Assembly: GCA_963798915.1 (NCBI GenBank)
Contig: CAWCVB010000014.1
Span: 3,565 to 67,564, forward strand
DNA from: an uncultured Gemmatimonadales bacterium
Lineage (GTDB): Bacteria; Gemmatimonadota; Gemmatimonadetes; Gemmatimonadales; GWC2-71-9
Direction of reading: 5' to 3'
DNA: 64,000 nucleotides
Positions 1-12,033 of the stretch are shown here, one piece after another. The notes under the pieces are model-generated. The model did no database searches, had not been told where the DNA came from, and saw only the letters and a program-made list of their open reading frames with translations. Position 1 is the first letter of the stretch, and every line of letters starts with the position of its first letter. A program made the translations under genes and the position numbers.

Positions 1-901
1 CAATGGCGGCGCGGTGCACTTCACCGGTCTCGATCAGCTGGTCCATGACCTGCTTGACCAGATTGATGGGAATGGCAAAGCCGTAGCCGGAGTAGTACCC
101 GGTCTCGCTGGCGATGGCCGAGTTGATGCCGATGGCCTCACCCTGGACGTTGACCAGCGGCCCGCCCGAGTTGCCGGGATTGATCGCAGCGTCAGTCTGG
201 ATGAAGTCCGAGATGCTCAGGTTGGATTGATTGAGCCCCTGGAGCCGCCGGCCCTTGGCGCTGACGATGCCGCTGGTGACCGAGAAGGTCAGCTTGTCAC
301 CCAGCGGATTGCCGATGGCCAGGACCCACTCGCCCACCCGCTCATTGTCGCTGTTGCCCAGGGCAATGGGCTTGAGGTCCTTGGCGTCGATCTTGAGCAC
401 CGCCACGTCGGTGTTGGCGTCGGTGCCGACCACTTTGGCGACGAACTCGCGCTCATCCTGCAGCCGCACGGTCACCTTGTCGGCGCCGGCCACGACATGA
501 TTGTTCGTGACGATGTATCCGTCTGCTGAGACGATGAATCCCGAGCCGGTGCCCTGTTCCAGGCGCGGCCCGCTATCAGTCGGGAAGTTGAAGAAGCGCC
601 GGAATTCCCGCGGCACCTGCGGACCCCGGACCATTTCCGTGTGCTGCGACCTGACGTAGACAACACTGGGCACGACGGCCTGGGCCACCGCGGCAAACGC
701 GTTGCTCAGGTCGGCGAGCGGCCGGGCTTCCGGGATGGACGGCGGTGCGACCGGAGTAATCGCTCCGGCGCTCGCCTGCGCCAGCTCCTGGGCGGATCCC
801 CGGGTGGGAAGGTCGAGCAGCCCGGCAAACAGCAATCCGAGCGCAAAGGCGAGCGCCACCAGCCCGCCGAATTTCAGCCAGTTCTGTGATCGTACGGACA
901 T
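1..901 (-). CDS. HtrA/DegP-family periplasmic serine protease, N-terminal ~300 codons (3' end lies beyond the window start)
   Basis: Hand translation of the reverse strand from ATG at 901-899 gives MSVRSQNWLKFGGLVALAFALGLLFAG (signal/anchor). Trypsin-fold motifs follow: TNNHVV (His), DVAVLKI (Asp), GNSGGPLVN (Ser). It is missing from the ORF track because it runs off the edge. Confidence 0.9.
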   Translation of the reverse strand, partial: MSVRSQNWLKFGGLVALAFALGLLFAGLLDLPTRGSAQELAQASAGAITPVAPPSIPEARPLADLSNAFAAVAQAVVPSVVYVRSQHTEMVRGPQVPREFRRFFNFPTDSGPRLEQGTGSGFIVSADGYIVTNNHVVAGADKVTVRLQDEREFVAKVVGTDANTDVAVLKIDAKDLKPIALGNSDNERVGEWVLAIGNPLGDKLTFSVTSGIVSAKGRRLQGLNQSNLSISDFIQTDAAINPGNSGGPLVNVQGEAIGINSAIASETGYYSGYGFAIPINLVKQVMDQLIETGEVHRAAI

Positions 902-1008
902 GCGTCAGCCACCTGTTCCTGCGGCGAAGGTGAAAGGTCACGCCCCGCGAGGGGGACTTTCAATTTAATGGGGATGCGCGCCTGCCGTTTCGCGTCGCAT
1001 CCGTGCCA

Positions 1009-2673
1009 TTACGGAGTCGAGTCGTTGAGTCCCAGTACCCGGACGCCCTGATCGAACACGATATCCACCGGGATGCCGGCAGAGGTGAGCCGGTCCAGGT
1101 CGCCCTGAAGCCGGGGGCCAATCGCTCCATAGGTCTTCATGTACTGTTTGACGCCCTCGTAATCTCCGTTGCCCTGGAGGCGAAGGATCGTGGCCGAGAG
1201 CGAGTCGGTGGCGAGCCGCATGCGATCGGGATTGACCCGATAGGTTCCGCTCGCCGAATCGCGGGTAAACGCACCCAGCTCCTGGTAGAAGTTGAAGCGC
1301 GCGATGTTGGCCCGCCCGTGCGCGTCGGCACCCCCAAAGCGGACTGAGCGAAAGATGCTGGCCAGGAAAGTCACATAATTGTCAAGCAGCTTCGCGTCGG
1401 GCAGTTCGCCCATCGAATCAAGGGCGGTAATCATGTAGAGCCCCAGCACGTCCGCCTTGCCCTCTTCCAGCGCGCCGGCCTGTTCCTTCAGCGCCGCACG
1501 CACCGTGCCGGAATGATTGATCGTGTTCTTGATGCCGAGTCCATGCGCCACTTCGTGGAACATGGTGTTCTGGAAGAACGCGTTGAAGGAAATATTGCCC
1601 TGCTGGTCCGCGCTGATCAGCTTGTTGGCGATCGGCATCAGGATGCGGTCAAACTTGGCGCGCATCGCGTTCTTGAGCTGGAGCCTGCGCGTCCCCTTTT
1701 CCAGCTGGACCTGCTCGTCGTTCGGCAGGTTGATCGCGATGGTCTTGGCACCGGCATTGGCCTGCCCGGCGTAGAAGACGGCGTCGTACGCATTCAGGTC
1801 CGAATCGGTGCCCGGCTTCTCCCGGTGGTATTCTGGCTCGACCGGCAGGCCGCGTTGAAGCCGCGGCAGGAGTGCGGCGTAGCGCGCAAGGCGCCGGCTC
1901 CAGTCGCGATCCTTGAGGAGAACGTAGGCCTCATGGGCCGCCTTGTAGCCGAAGAGCGCGTCCTCATAGGTCTCGATCGGGCCGATGACGAGGTCAATCG
2001 CATTGTCCTTCATGTCGAGCCAGGCCATGTCACTGGCGCGATAGTCGTCGTGCTCGAGCGCGTCGGCCCGGAGCCGGAGGTAGCGCTTCAGCCCGGGATC
2101 CTGCGCCAGCTGGGCCGACTGCCGGAGCAGGGCCGCCGCTCGCGCGGTCGGCGCTGCATAGGCCTCATGGTAAGGCACCGTCTCGAGCCCGCCGCTGGAA
2201 TCCCGCCGGACCAGGGTGTAGAGGCCGCGGAGGGCGGCACCATGATCATTGGCGCGGCGTGCAGCGCTGTCGAATTCGGCCTTGGTCATGTCCGGCGGAT
2301 AGAAGCGCGCCCCGTCGGGCTTTGGCCCGACCCCCGGCATCAATGGACGATTCTCGTCGAGACGATTCCAGGGACCGTAGTTGATCTCGGTGAGGCGGCG
2401 GAGCGACGGATCCTGGACGGCGCCCAGGACGCTGTCAGCAGGCCCCGCCGTTTGCAGCCAGTAGATGCTGTCCATCTGCTCGGCCGCAGCGATGAGCAGG
2501 GGAATCATCTGGCGCTGGCTGTCGGAGAGCTGCGAAAGGTCGGCGGTGAGCGGCACCGTGTCGTACTGCGCGAGCAGGCTGTCCGAGGTGGTCATGGGCG
2601 CGGCGGCCTGCTTGTCGCTGGACGAGCAGGCCGCCGTCCCGGCGAGCAGCAGGGCGGCGGCGATACGGCGCAT
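1009..2673 (-). CDS. Lipoprotein zinc metallopeptidase, DPP III (M49)-like with pentapeptide HExxH motif
   Basis: 554-aa ORF. Lipobox LLLAGTAAC. Motifs FHEVAHGLG and downstream EEGKAD resemble the HExxH/EExKAD variant of family M49. Confidence 0.65.
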   Translation of the reverse strand: MRRIAAALLLAGTAACSSSDKQAAAPMTTSDSLLAQYDTVPLTADLSQLSDSQRQMIPLLIAAAEQMDSIYWLQTAGPADSVLGAVQDPSLRRLTEINYGPWNRLDENRPLMPGVGPKPDGARFYPPDMTKAEFDSAARRANDHGAALRGLYTLVRRDSSGGLETVPYHEAYAAPTARAAALLRQSAQLAQDPGLKRYLRLRADALEHDDYRASDMAWLDMKDNAIDLVIGPIETYEDALFGYKAAHEAYVLLKDRDWSRRLARYAALLPRLQRGLPVEPEYHREKPGTDSDLNAYDAVFYAGQANAGAKTIAINLPNDEQVQLEKGTRRLQLKNAMRAKFDRILMPIANKLISADQQGNISFNAFFQNTMFHEVAHGLGIKNTINHSGTVRAALKEQAGALEEGKADVLGLYMITALDSMGELPDAKLLDNYVTFLASIFRSVRFGGADAHGRANIARFNFYQELGAFTRDSASGTYRVNPDRMRLATDSLSATILRLQGNGDYEGVKQYMKTYGAIGPRLQGDLDRLTSAGIPVDIVFDQGVRVLGLNDSTP

Positions 2674-2700
2674 GGAGGCTCCGGGGCTGGGGCGGGTGCC

Positions 2701-2918
2701 AAGGGCGGTCTGAGACCGCCCCGATGATCTGACTCGCTCGGTTGAGGCTGGGGGCGGTCTGAGACCGCCCCGGTGATCTGACTCGCCCGGTTGAGGCTGG
2801 GGGCGGTCTGAGACCGCCCCGGTGATCTGACTCGCCCGGTTGAGGCTGGGGGCGGTCTGAGACCGCCCCGGTGATCTGACTCGCCCGGTTGAGGCTGGGG
2901 GCGGTCTGAGACCGCCCC
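2701..2918. repeat. 49-bp tandem repeat, about 4.4 copies, each carrying the hairpin GGGGCGGTC-TGA-GACCGCCCC
   Basis: The GCGGTC motif recurs at 2705, 2754, 2803, 2852 and 2901, an exact 49-bp period. The leftmost copy is slightly degenerate. The last hairpin abuts the dnaK stop codon (2919-2921). Confidence 0.95.
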
Positions 2919-4955
<2,037 letters not shown>

Positions 4956-5010
4956 TTTGCAGGCAACCACCATACCGTATATATCTGCCACTTTGGCAGG
5001 GAAATGGCAG

Positions 5011-5322
5011 TCAGGGCCATGCCTGTCGCTGGTTCCAGACCTCGCGCGACGCCGTTGCCCTGCCACCGAAGCGCCGCGTGAACTCTTCCCGGAGGCCGGG
5101 CGCATGCTCGGCGAGATATCGCTCCAGGTTGGCACGAGAGGCCATCAGGTATCGGGTTCGAAAGGTGGTGGCGTCCAGCGCGGCGAAATCGGCGGCCGTG
5201 AAGAGGCCTGTGGCCAGCACGTCGGGGATGTGTTCCTGGCGCATCCAGTCCGCAAACTCGTCGCCGGTCTCCGGATCGTGGAGGCGGACGGTGACTTCGT
5301 AGGAGACGAGGTTGGCGGGCAT
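5011..5322 (-). CDS. Small conserved protein, DUF4286-like
   Basis: Internal ATG at 5322 gives 103 aa: MPANLVSYEVTVRL...EFADWMRQEHIPDVLATGLF. This pattern is typical of DUF4286. The upstream part of the listed ORF is repeat-derived. Confidence 0.6.
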   Translation of the reverse strand: MPANLVSYEVTVRLHDPETGDEFADWMRQEHIPDVLATGLFTAADFAALDATTFRTRYLMASRANLERYLAEHAPGLREEFTRRFGGRATASREVWNQRQAWP

Positions 5323-5336
5323 GGATGGATTGTAAT

Positions 5337-5488
5337 GGGTCGCGGGTCGCGGGTCGCGGGTCCCTGGTCGCGGGGAACGCTGGGCTGTCTCTCCGTCTCG
5401 CCGTCTCGCCGCCGCGCAGTCGCGCCGTCGAGCCGCCCATCCAGCCCATCTAGCCCATCCAGCCCGTCCCGCCCATCTTGCACCCATT
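5337..5488. repeat. Composite short-tandem-repeat block: (GGGTCGC)x3, (CGTCTCGC)x2, (CCCATCCAG)-type nonamers x5
   Basis: Read directly from the sequence. It fills nearly the whole divergent spacer between the DUF4286-like and M61 genes. Confidence 0.9.
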
Positions 5489-5508
5489 CATCCCGAACGG
5501 AGCCACCG

Positions 5509-7335
5509 ATGCTGTTGCTGTTGCTCGCCACGATGCAGGCGGACACGGTTCGCTACGACATCCGCTTTCCCAGTGCGGTCCATCACGAAGCCGAGGTTAC
5601 GGTCACCTTTCCGGCCACCAGCGCGGATACGCTTGCCGTCTGGATGAGCCGCTCGTCTCCCGGCCGCTACGCGCTGCACGAGTTCGCCAAGAATGTCTAT
5701 TCGGTGCGAGCGGAGGACCTGACGGGGGAAGCGCTCTCCGTGGTGCAGCCGGATCCCTATCACTGGCTGGTCGTGTCCGGGCGTGGCCCCGTGGTCTTTC
5801 ACTACACCCTGTTCGGGGACCGGGCCGACGGAACCTACAGCGCGATCGATCCGTCGCATGCCCACCTCAACATGCCGGCGACCTTCGCCTTTGCGCCGAC
5901 GCTTGCGTCGGCACCCATCGCGGCCCGGTTCAACCCGCCACCGGGCAGCCACTGGCGGATTGCGACCCAGCTCCTGCCAGGTGGCGACAGCACGCGCTAC
6001 CTCGCCCCCGACCTGCAGTACTTCATGGACAGCCCCACTGAACTGTCCGATTTCACCCTTCGCTCCTGGACGGTGCCCAACCCGGCCGGCGGCAGCTACA
6101 CCATGCGCCTGGCGCTCCACCACCAGGGAACCGACGCCGAGGCCGATGCGTATGTCGAGCGCATCAAGAGGGTCGTCGGGGAGGAAATCGGGGTTTTTGG
6201 TGAGCCGGCTCCCTATGACGGCGGGACGTATACGTTCATCGCGGACTACCTGCCATGGGCGTCCGGTGACGGCATGGAGCACCGCAATTCCACGATTATT
6301 TCCAGCAGCAGCAGCCTGGCGCAGAATCCCATGGGGCTGCTGAGCACGATGTCGCACGAATTCTTCCACTCCTGGAACATGGAACGGATCCGTTCGGCCC
6401 AGATCGAGCCGTTCGACCTGCTTCACTCCGACCCGAGCGACGCTCTCTGGTTCGGCGAAGGGTTCACCAACTATTTCGACGCGCTGTTCATTCGACGGGC
6501 GGGCCTGTCGGACGACGAGACGTACCTGGGCCGACTTGCGGGGCAGGTGGATGCGCTGGTGCACACCCCGGCGCGGCGCTATCGCACCCCGATGGGCGCC
6601 AGTCTGGAAGCACCCTTCGTCGACGCCGCCACCTCGATCGATCCCAACAATTTCGGCAACACCTTCCTCTCGTACTACACCTGGGGCGCCGCCTTGGCGA
6701 CCGGGCTCGACCTCACGCTGCGAGGCCGCTATCCCGGCAAGTCGCTCGACGGTTTCATGCGCCTCATGTGGCGCCGGTTCGGCCGCAATGAGCGGCCCTT
6801 CGTGATCAGGCAACCCTACACGGTGGACGATATCCAGCGTACCCTCGGCGAATACGTGGGCGACCCGGCGTTCGCGGCCGACTTCTTCCGCCGCTATGTG
6901 CACGGCAGCGACGCCCCGGATTTTGCGGTGCTGCTGGCGCAGGCCGGTGTCCTGCTGCGACAGGCCCATCCGAACGAGGCCTGGCTGGGCCAGCCACGCA
7001 TGCGGTATGACAGCGCCGGAGCCGAAGTCATGAGCTCGTCCATGCTCGGCACTCCGCTGTACCAGGCCGGCGTCGATCGTGGCGACCGCATTCGCAGCAT
7101 CGGCGGCGTTGCGATTACGTCGGACAGTGCCTGGGATGCAGCCGGAGCTGCCCACCGGCCTGGCGACACCGTGCCGATCGTGTTCGACCAGCTGGGCGTT
7201 ACCCGGCACGGCCACATCACCTTCGCGGCAGATCCCCGGCTCGAGGCGGTGACGTTCGAATCGGTGGGCCAGACGCTGACTGATGCCGAACGGGCATTCC
7301 GGGCCAGCTGGCTGGGGAGCAAGGCGGGGAAATGA
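5509..7335 (+). CDS. M61 family glycyl aminopeptidase with C-terminal PDZ-like domain
   Basis: HEFFHSWNMERIR (HExxH) with a downstream WFGEGFTNY motif, and a C-terminal GDRIRSIGGV PDZ-like segment. Start set at ATG 5509. The longer listed ORF (4942) runs antisense through the neighbouring gene and the repeats. Confidence 0.8.
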   Translation: MLLLLLATMQADTVRYDIRFPSAVHHEAEVTVTFPATSADTLAVWMSRSSPGRYALHEFAKNVYSVRAEDLTGEALSVVQPDPYHWLVVSGRGPVVFHYTLFGDRADGTYSAIDPSHAHLNMPATFAFAPTLASAPIAARFNPPPGSHWRIATQLLPGGDSTRYLAPDLQYFMDSPTELSDFTLRSWTVPNPAGGSYTMRLALHHQGTDAEADAYVERIKRVVGEEIGVFGEPAPYDGGTYTFIADYLPWASGDGMEHRNSTIISSSSSLAQNPMGLLSTMSHEFFHSWNMERIRSAQIEPFDLLHSDPSDALWFGEGFTNYFDALFIRRAGLSDDETYLGRLAGQVDALVHTPARRYRTPMGASLEAPFVDAATSIDPNNFGNTFLSYYTWGAALATGLDLTLRGRYPGKSLDGFMRLMWRRFGRNERPFVIRQPYTVDDIQRTLGEYVGDPAFAADFFRRYVHGSDAPDFAVLLAQAGVLLRQAHPNEAWLGQPRMRYDSAGAEVMSSSMLGTPLYQAGVDRGDRIRSIGGVAITSDSAWDAAGAAHRPGDTVPIVFDQLGVTRHGHITFAADPRLEAVTFESVGQTLTDAERAFRASWLGSKAGK

Positions 7336-7347
7336 TGGTCGTCGCTC

Positions 7348-7369
7348 GTCGAGGGTCGAGGGTCGAGCG
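7348..7369. repeat. (GGGTCGA)x3 heptamer array
   Basis: gtcgagggtcgagggtcgagcg lies between the M61 stop and the S10 start. Confidence 0.8.
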
Positions 7370-7420
7370 AATCGGGCCGATCGTCGATTCACTGTTCGCC
7401 TGTGATCAAGGAGCCTGGGC

Positions 7421-8974
7421 ATGAACCAGAAATACCGTATGGTCGGCTGGCTGTTCCTGCTCGGCCTGTCGCCTTCTGTTCTCTTGGCCCAGCGTGAGTC
7501 CCAAAGCGCAAAGCCGGATTCTGCTGCAGCGCATACGACCGCCGCCGATTCGCTCAAGCTGGCAGAGATCGCCAGCCGGCCCGCCGTCATCACGCATCAC
7601 AGCATGCAGCTGAACGGGAAGCGCCTCGACTACACAGCGACGACGGGCATGCTGGCGATCCGGGATGAGAAGACTGGTGCCTCCGAGGGGTACATGTTCT
7701 TCGTGGCATACACCCAGGATGGCGCGCCGGAGCGCGGCAAGCGGCCCATCACCTTTGTGTTCAATGGTGGGCCGGGGTCCTCCACGGTGTGGCTGCACAT
7801 GGGGGCGTTCGGGCCCAGGCGAGTCAAGCTGCTGCCGAGCGGCGAGGCACCCCCGCCGCCCTACTCCTATGAAGACAATCCCTACACCCTGCTGGACCAG
7901 AGCGACCTGGTTTTTCTCGACCCGGTCGGCACCGGCTACAGCAGGCCGGCCAATCCGAAGCTCGGATCGAAGTTCTGGGGGGTCAACGAGGACATTGCGT
8001 CGGTTGGTGAATTCATCCGATCGTATCTCACGACCTACGAACGGTGGGCCTCACCCAAGTTCCTCGCCGGTGAGAGCTACGGCACCACGCGTGCCGCTGG
8101 CCTGACGGGATACCTCGCGGATCAGGGCATCGCCTTCAACGGCATCACCCTGATCTCGACGATTCTCGACTTCGGTCTCGATGAGGGTGACAACGCGGCC
8201 ATCTATTACCTCCCGTCCTACGCCGCGATTGCGTGGTACCATAAGCGACTCCCGCCGGATCTGCAGGCGATGACATTGGCGCAGGTCACCGACAGGGCCG
8301 AGCGCTGGGCGGGAACCTCGTACCGGCTCGCCCTGGCCAGAGGCTACGAGCTGAACGACGCGGAGCGGCGGGTCGTGGTGGATACGCTGGCCCGATTTAC
8401 CGGACTGTCCCCGACCATCGTGGACCAGAACAACCTGCGGATTTCGCTGGGGCTGTTTGACACCGAACTGCTGCGGGAGCAACGGTTGACGGTGGGCCGT
8501 CTCGACGGTCGCTTCACCGCCTTCAGCATGAACAACGCCTCACAGCGGCCGGCGTTTGACCCCAGCATGTCGAATATTCGTCTCTCCTACACTCCCGTGC
8601 TGAATGATTACGTGCGGCGCGAGCTCAACTATCACGACGATATGCGGTACTACATCCTGGGCGGCGGGGTGGATCGTTGGAGCCCGCAGCACGAAGGCGG
8701 CCCCACGGACGTGACCCCGTCCCTGGAAGCCGCCTATGCCCAGAACCCGCACATGAAACTCTTCGTGGCGATGGGCTATTACGACACGGCGACGCCCTAC
8801 TATGCGGTGGAATACACCTTGTCGCATCTGGCGATCGGGCCCCAGGCACGCAGCAACATTACGACTGCCTACTACGCTGCCGGCCACATGATGTACATCG
8901 ATGACGCTTCCATGAAACAATTCCGGGCGGACCTGGGGACCTGGATGGGTGGGGCGCTGAGCGCCCAGCGCTGA
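7421..8974 (+). CDS. Secreted serine carboxypeptidase, peptidase S10 family
   Basis: Signal peptide (LFLLGLSPSVLLAQ). Motifs NGGPGSSTVWLHMG and the catalytic-serine motif AGESYGT. Confidence 0.8.
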   Translation: MNQKYRMVGWLFLLGLSPSVLLAQRESQSAKPDSAAAHTTAADSLKLAEIASRPAVITHHSMQLNGKRLDYTATTGMLAIRDEKTGASEGYMFFVAYTQDGAPERGKRPITFVFNGGPGSSTVWLHMGAFGPRRVKLLPSGEAPPPPYSYEDNPYTLLDQSDLVFLDPVGTGYSRPANPKLGSKFWGVNEDIASVGEFIRSYLTTYERWASPKFLAGESYGTTRAAGLTGYLADQGIAFNGITLISTILDFGLDEGDNAAIYYLPSYAAIAWYHKRLPPDLQAMTLAQVTDRAERWAGTSYRLALARGYELNDAERRVVVDTLARFTGLSPTIVDQNNLRISLGLFDTELLREQRLTVGRLDGRFTAFSMNNASQRPAFDPSMSNIRLSYTPVLNDYVRRELNYHDDMRYYILGGGVDRWSPQHEGGPTDVTPSLEAAYAQNPHMKLFVAMGYYDTATPYYAVEYTLSHLAIGPQARSNITTAYYAAGHMMYIDDASMKQFRADLGTWMGGALSAQR

Positions 8975-9063
8975 ACCGCCGTAACGTCATCGCACGGGCC
9001 AGCCGCCGGCGGGATCGCCCTCCAGGCGGCCCGCCGACAGCGGACCACCCGTGATGCGCTGAC

Positions 9064-10896
9064 TCATTTCACGATGATGTCTTGCGACCATGTCGGCGGG
9101 AGGCCCGCGATGCCGGCCGTGAGCCGGTAGGTGCCGGTGGCCGCCGGCGCAAATGCGAAGTCGCTCGTTTCACCCACGCTGACGACAGCCCTGGCGGGCA
9201 CGTTGACCGCGAGGGCCGGTGGCAGGTCGGCACCGTCCTTTGCGAGCGCCTGCCAGGTCACCGGTGTGCCCTCGCGCTGGAGCGTATAGGCGACCGGGCC
9301 GGCCAGTCCCATGTTGATGAACCGGAAGCGATGACTCGTGCCCCGGACCAGATGGAGCGGCAGCGAGCTGACCGAGTCGCCGTTGATCAGCAGGTAGGGC
9401 GGAATATGTGGAGTGCCGTGCGGGCTATCCCAGCCTGCGATGAATGCATGATCCGTCGCCGGGTCATAGCGCATGCCCGGTTCCAGAACGATCATCGGTC
9501 CATAGAGTCCCGAACTGAGCTGGTCGATGTCGTTGAGGTGCGTATGATAGATGAATGTGCCGGCCCGGGGCCCCAGCAGCCGGACGGCCAGGGACTGCCC
9601 TGGCGGGATCACGGGCGCCACCCGTGAGCTGGTCCCACTCCACCCGCTCACACCGTCCGAATAACTATCGTCCAGTTCCAGCCCATGCCAGTGGACCGAG
9701 GTCGCTTCTGACAATCGGTTGATCACGGTGACCGTCATCGGCACACCGCGTGTCAGGATCAGCATGCCGCTCGTCCTGGGGAGCGTGTCGAGCTTCTGCA
9801 TCCGGCTACCGGACCCCACGGTAAACTCTCGTGTGTGCAGGGCGTGTCCGCGCTGGGGCCCTTCGTCCACGAACACGATCGCGCTGTCGGTGGCGACGGG
9901 GAGGTTCGCGAGGGCTCGTGGCCGCGCCGAGATGCCCAGCACCAGGCCGACCATGTGGTCACTCATGCCGCCCGCATGCGCCGGCCATTCGAGCGCATTC
10001 TCCGGCGCAATGTGAAAGGCGAGATGGCAATGGAAGAGCCAATTCCCGGGGTTGGGTGCGGCCCATGTCATGCTCATGGTGCTGAACGGCCGCATCTGCC
10101 GGGTCACAATCAACGGCTGCCGGTCGCTGGCAATGGCCGTATCGGCCGCCAGCCCGCCGCTGGCACCAACCCTGAAGTAGAAGCCATGCATGTGCATCGG
10201 GTGGGCGCGGTCACTGGCATTGACGATACGCCATTGCACCGTATCTCCCACAACGGTCTCAATCCGCTCAGTCCACGGCCAGGTACGACCGTTGATCGCG
10301 AGCACATTGCGGCCGCCGAGGGCCGTCGTATCCGCCTGGCTCCAGATATTCATGACGAACACCCGGTCCGCCTGGTGGTTGGCCGCCGTGTCCACGATGA
10401 ATGCACCCGCCAGCTGCTGTTGCTCCGTGCTGTCGGGATTCTCGACGCCGGGCGTCGCGCCGTAGATGTAGGTGCCAGGCGCTCCCGCACTGAACGTGAA
10501 GGTCCGCGTGGACCCAGGCGGCACCAGCGCTGGCGTCAGGCTGCCGAGCGGATGCCCGGCAAGTCCGACCACCTGAAGCGTGGAGTCGGGGAGCGTGTTT
10601 CGGACGCTCACCTGGAGTACGGTACCCGGTGGGACCCGGATGAGCGGCGCGGGCACCGCCGGCGCCCGGCCCTCCTCGGCGAAGACTGGTACGTCCACGA
10701 ACGACCCGCCAGCCCGCTCGGGATACCAGCGCGCCATCGTGACGACCAGCCGGAGCGAGAGCGTGTCGCCGTGAAGCTGGCCCGCCGGCGCGCGGTTGTC
10801 ATTTGGCTGCACCACCGGCAGGGCGTCGTGAGGGGAAGGAGCAGCGAGCGGAAGCACACCGATGGCCAGGAGGAAACGAAGGCGCAGGCGTGACAT
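9064..10896 (-). CDS. Multicopper oxidase
   Basis: Copper-ligand motifs HWHGLE, HTHLND, HPMHMHG, HCHLAFH. Signal peptide from the internal ATG at 10896 (MSRLRLRFLLAIGVLPLAA). Confidence 0.85.
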   Translation of the reverse strand: MSRLRLRFLLAIGVLPLAAPSPHDALPVVQPNDNRAPAGQLHGDTLSLRLVVTMARWYPERAGGSFVDVPVFAEEGRAPAVPAPLIRVPPGTVLQVSVRNTLPDSTLQVVGLAGHPLGSLTPALVPPGSTRTFTFSAGAPGTYIYGATPGVENPDSTEQQQLAGAFIVDTAANHQADRVFVMNIWSQADTTALGGRNVLAINGRTWPWTERIETVVGDTVQWRIVNASDRAHPMHMHGFYFRVGASGGLAADTAIASDRQPLIVTRQMRPFSTMSMTWAAPNPGNWLFHCHLAFHIAPENALEWPAHAGGMSDHMVGLVLGISARPRALANLPVATDSAIVFVDEGPQRGHALHTREFTVGSGSRMQKLDTLPRTSGMLILTRGVPMTVTVINRLSEATSVHWHGLELDDSYSDGVSGWSGTSSRVAPVIPPGQSLAVRLLGPRAGTFIYHTHLNDIDQLSSGLYGPMIVLEPGMRYDPATDHAFIAGWDSPHGTPHIPPYLLINGDSVSSLPLHLVRGTSHRFRFINMGLAGPVAYTLQREGTPVTWQALAKDGADLPPALAVNVPARAVVSVGETSDFAFAPAATGTYRLTAGIAGLPPTWSQDIIVK

Positions 10897-10958
10897 GGGA
10901 GCCCTCGGGCAAGGCCCGATGTGGGTGGCAACGCGCCCGCTTGGGCGCAGGGTAACAC

Positions 10959-11984
10959 TCAGTTCAAGGCAATGGTTTCGGCAGCGGCATCCAGCTCGGC
11001 GAGACATGCACGCTTGGTGTCCACGTCCATCTGGGCGACTTCAAATCCGTTCCGGGCCAGGTCGGCAAGCCCGGCCAGTGACACGCCCATCGCGGAGGCC
11101 GCCAGGTATTCATCCGTGAGCGAGTTGCCAAAGCAAAACGGATCATCGGTGCTGAGGGTACAGCGTACCCCGGCAGCGAGCAGTCGAGGCAGGGGATGCT
11201 CGGTGAGCGAGGGCACCACGCCAAGTTTCAGGTTGCTGATCGGACAGGTATCGCAGGTGACATCGCGCTGCAGGAGGAGATCCACCACTGCCGGATCCTC
11301 GATAGCGCGGATGCCATGCTGCACCCGACGAACTCCCAGGTGCTCGATCACCTCTCGAACGCGCTCGGCGCCGGTCAACTCTCCGGCATGCGCCTTGGTG
11401 ACCTTGCCGGCGTCGGCCACACGTCGCCAGACTGGCGCAGTCCACGGCTCGAGCGGCCAGCTTTCGACGCCATGCAGGTCCACGCCGGCGAGGTGCTCCC
11501 AGCTGTGGAGCGAGTCAATCACCGGCGCCAGTTCCGGCGTGTAGTCAATCCGGCGCATGGCGGCAAACACGCGCACCGTCATGCCCGTCGGCGCGGCTGA
11601 ACGAATGGCATCGAGAATGTCGCGACCATCAGTGTCGATCAGCTGCGTGATGGGCAGATGGAAGCTGGTCTCGACGTAGCGCACATTCTGCTCGGCGAGC
11701 GCCTGGAAAACCACCTGCGCGGCCTCATGGTATCGCTGGGCCGACCTGAACCAGATGGCAGCATTTTCCAGGAGTCCGGCCTCAAAGGTAGCAAAGTCGG
11801 GGTAGCGATGCTCCGTCGCCCACCAGGCCGGTGGCCCGTCCGGAAACCGGTCTGGCGCCACCGAACGCAGAAGCTCCAGCGGGAGCGCGCCTTCCATGTG
11901 GAGGTGCGTCTCGGTCTTGGGGAGACGGAGAACGAACTCGCGGAGATCCGCGGCGCTTTGTGGTAGCATATTGGACATGATCAC
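10959..11984 (-). CDS. Adenosine/adenine deaminase-like metal-dependent hydrolase
   Basis: THLHMEG (HxH), HAGE and STDDP motifs of the adenosine deaminase superfamily. It is the second ADA-type gene in the window. Confidence 0.75.
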   Translation of the reverse strand: MIMSNMLPQSAADLREFVLRLPKTETHLHMEGALPLELLRSVAPDRFPDGPPAWWATEHRYPDFATFEAGLLENAAIWFRSAQRYHEAAQVVFQALAEQNVRYVETSFHLPITQLIDTDGRDILDAIRSAAPTGMTVRVFAAMRRIDYTPELAPVIDSLHSWEHLAGVDLHGVESWPLEPWTAPVWRRVADAGKVTKAHAGELTGAERVREVIEHLGVRRVQHGIRAIEDPAVVDLLLQRDVTCDTCPISNLKLGVVPSLTEHPLPRLLAAGVRCTLSTDDPFCFGNSLTDEYLAASAMGVSLAGLADLARNGFEVAQMDVDTKRACLAELDAAAETIALN

Positions 11985-12033
11985 CGCCCTAAGTTACGGA
12001 ACGGCCTCAGGGCCCGCCAGCGGAGGACTCAGC

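Noticed and set aside
2701-2918. Possible CRISPR array (regular palindromic repeats)
   Set aside because: The sequence between the hairpins is itself repeated identically, so there are no unique spacers. The 49-bp period is a plain tandem repeat, and no cas genes are in the window.
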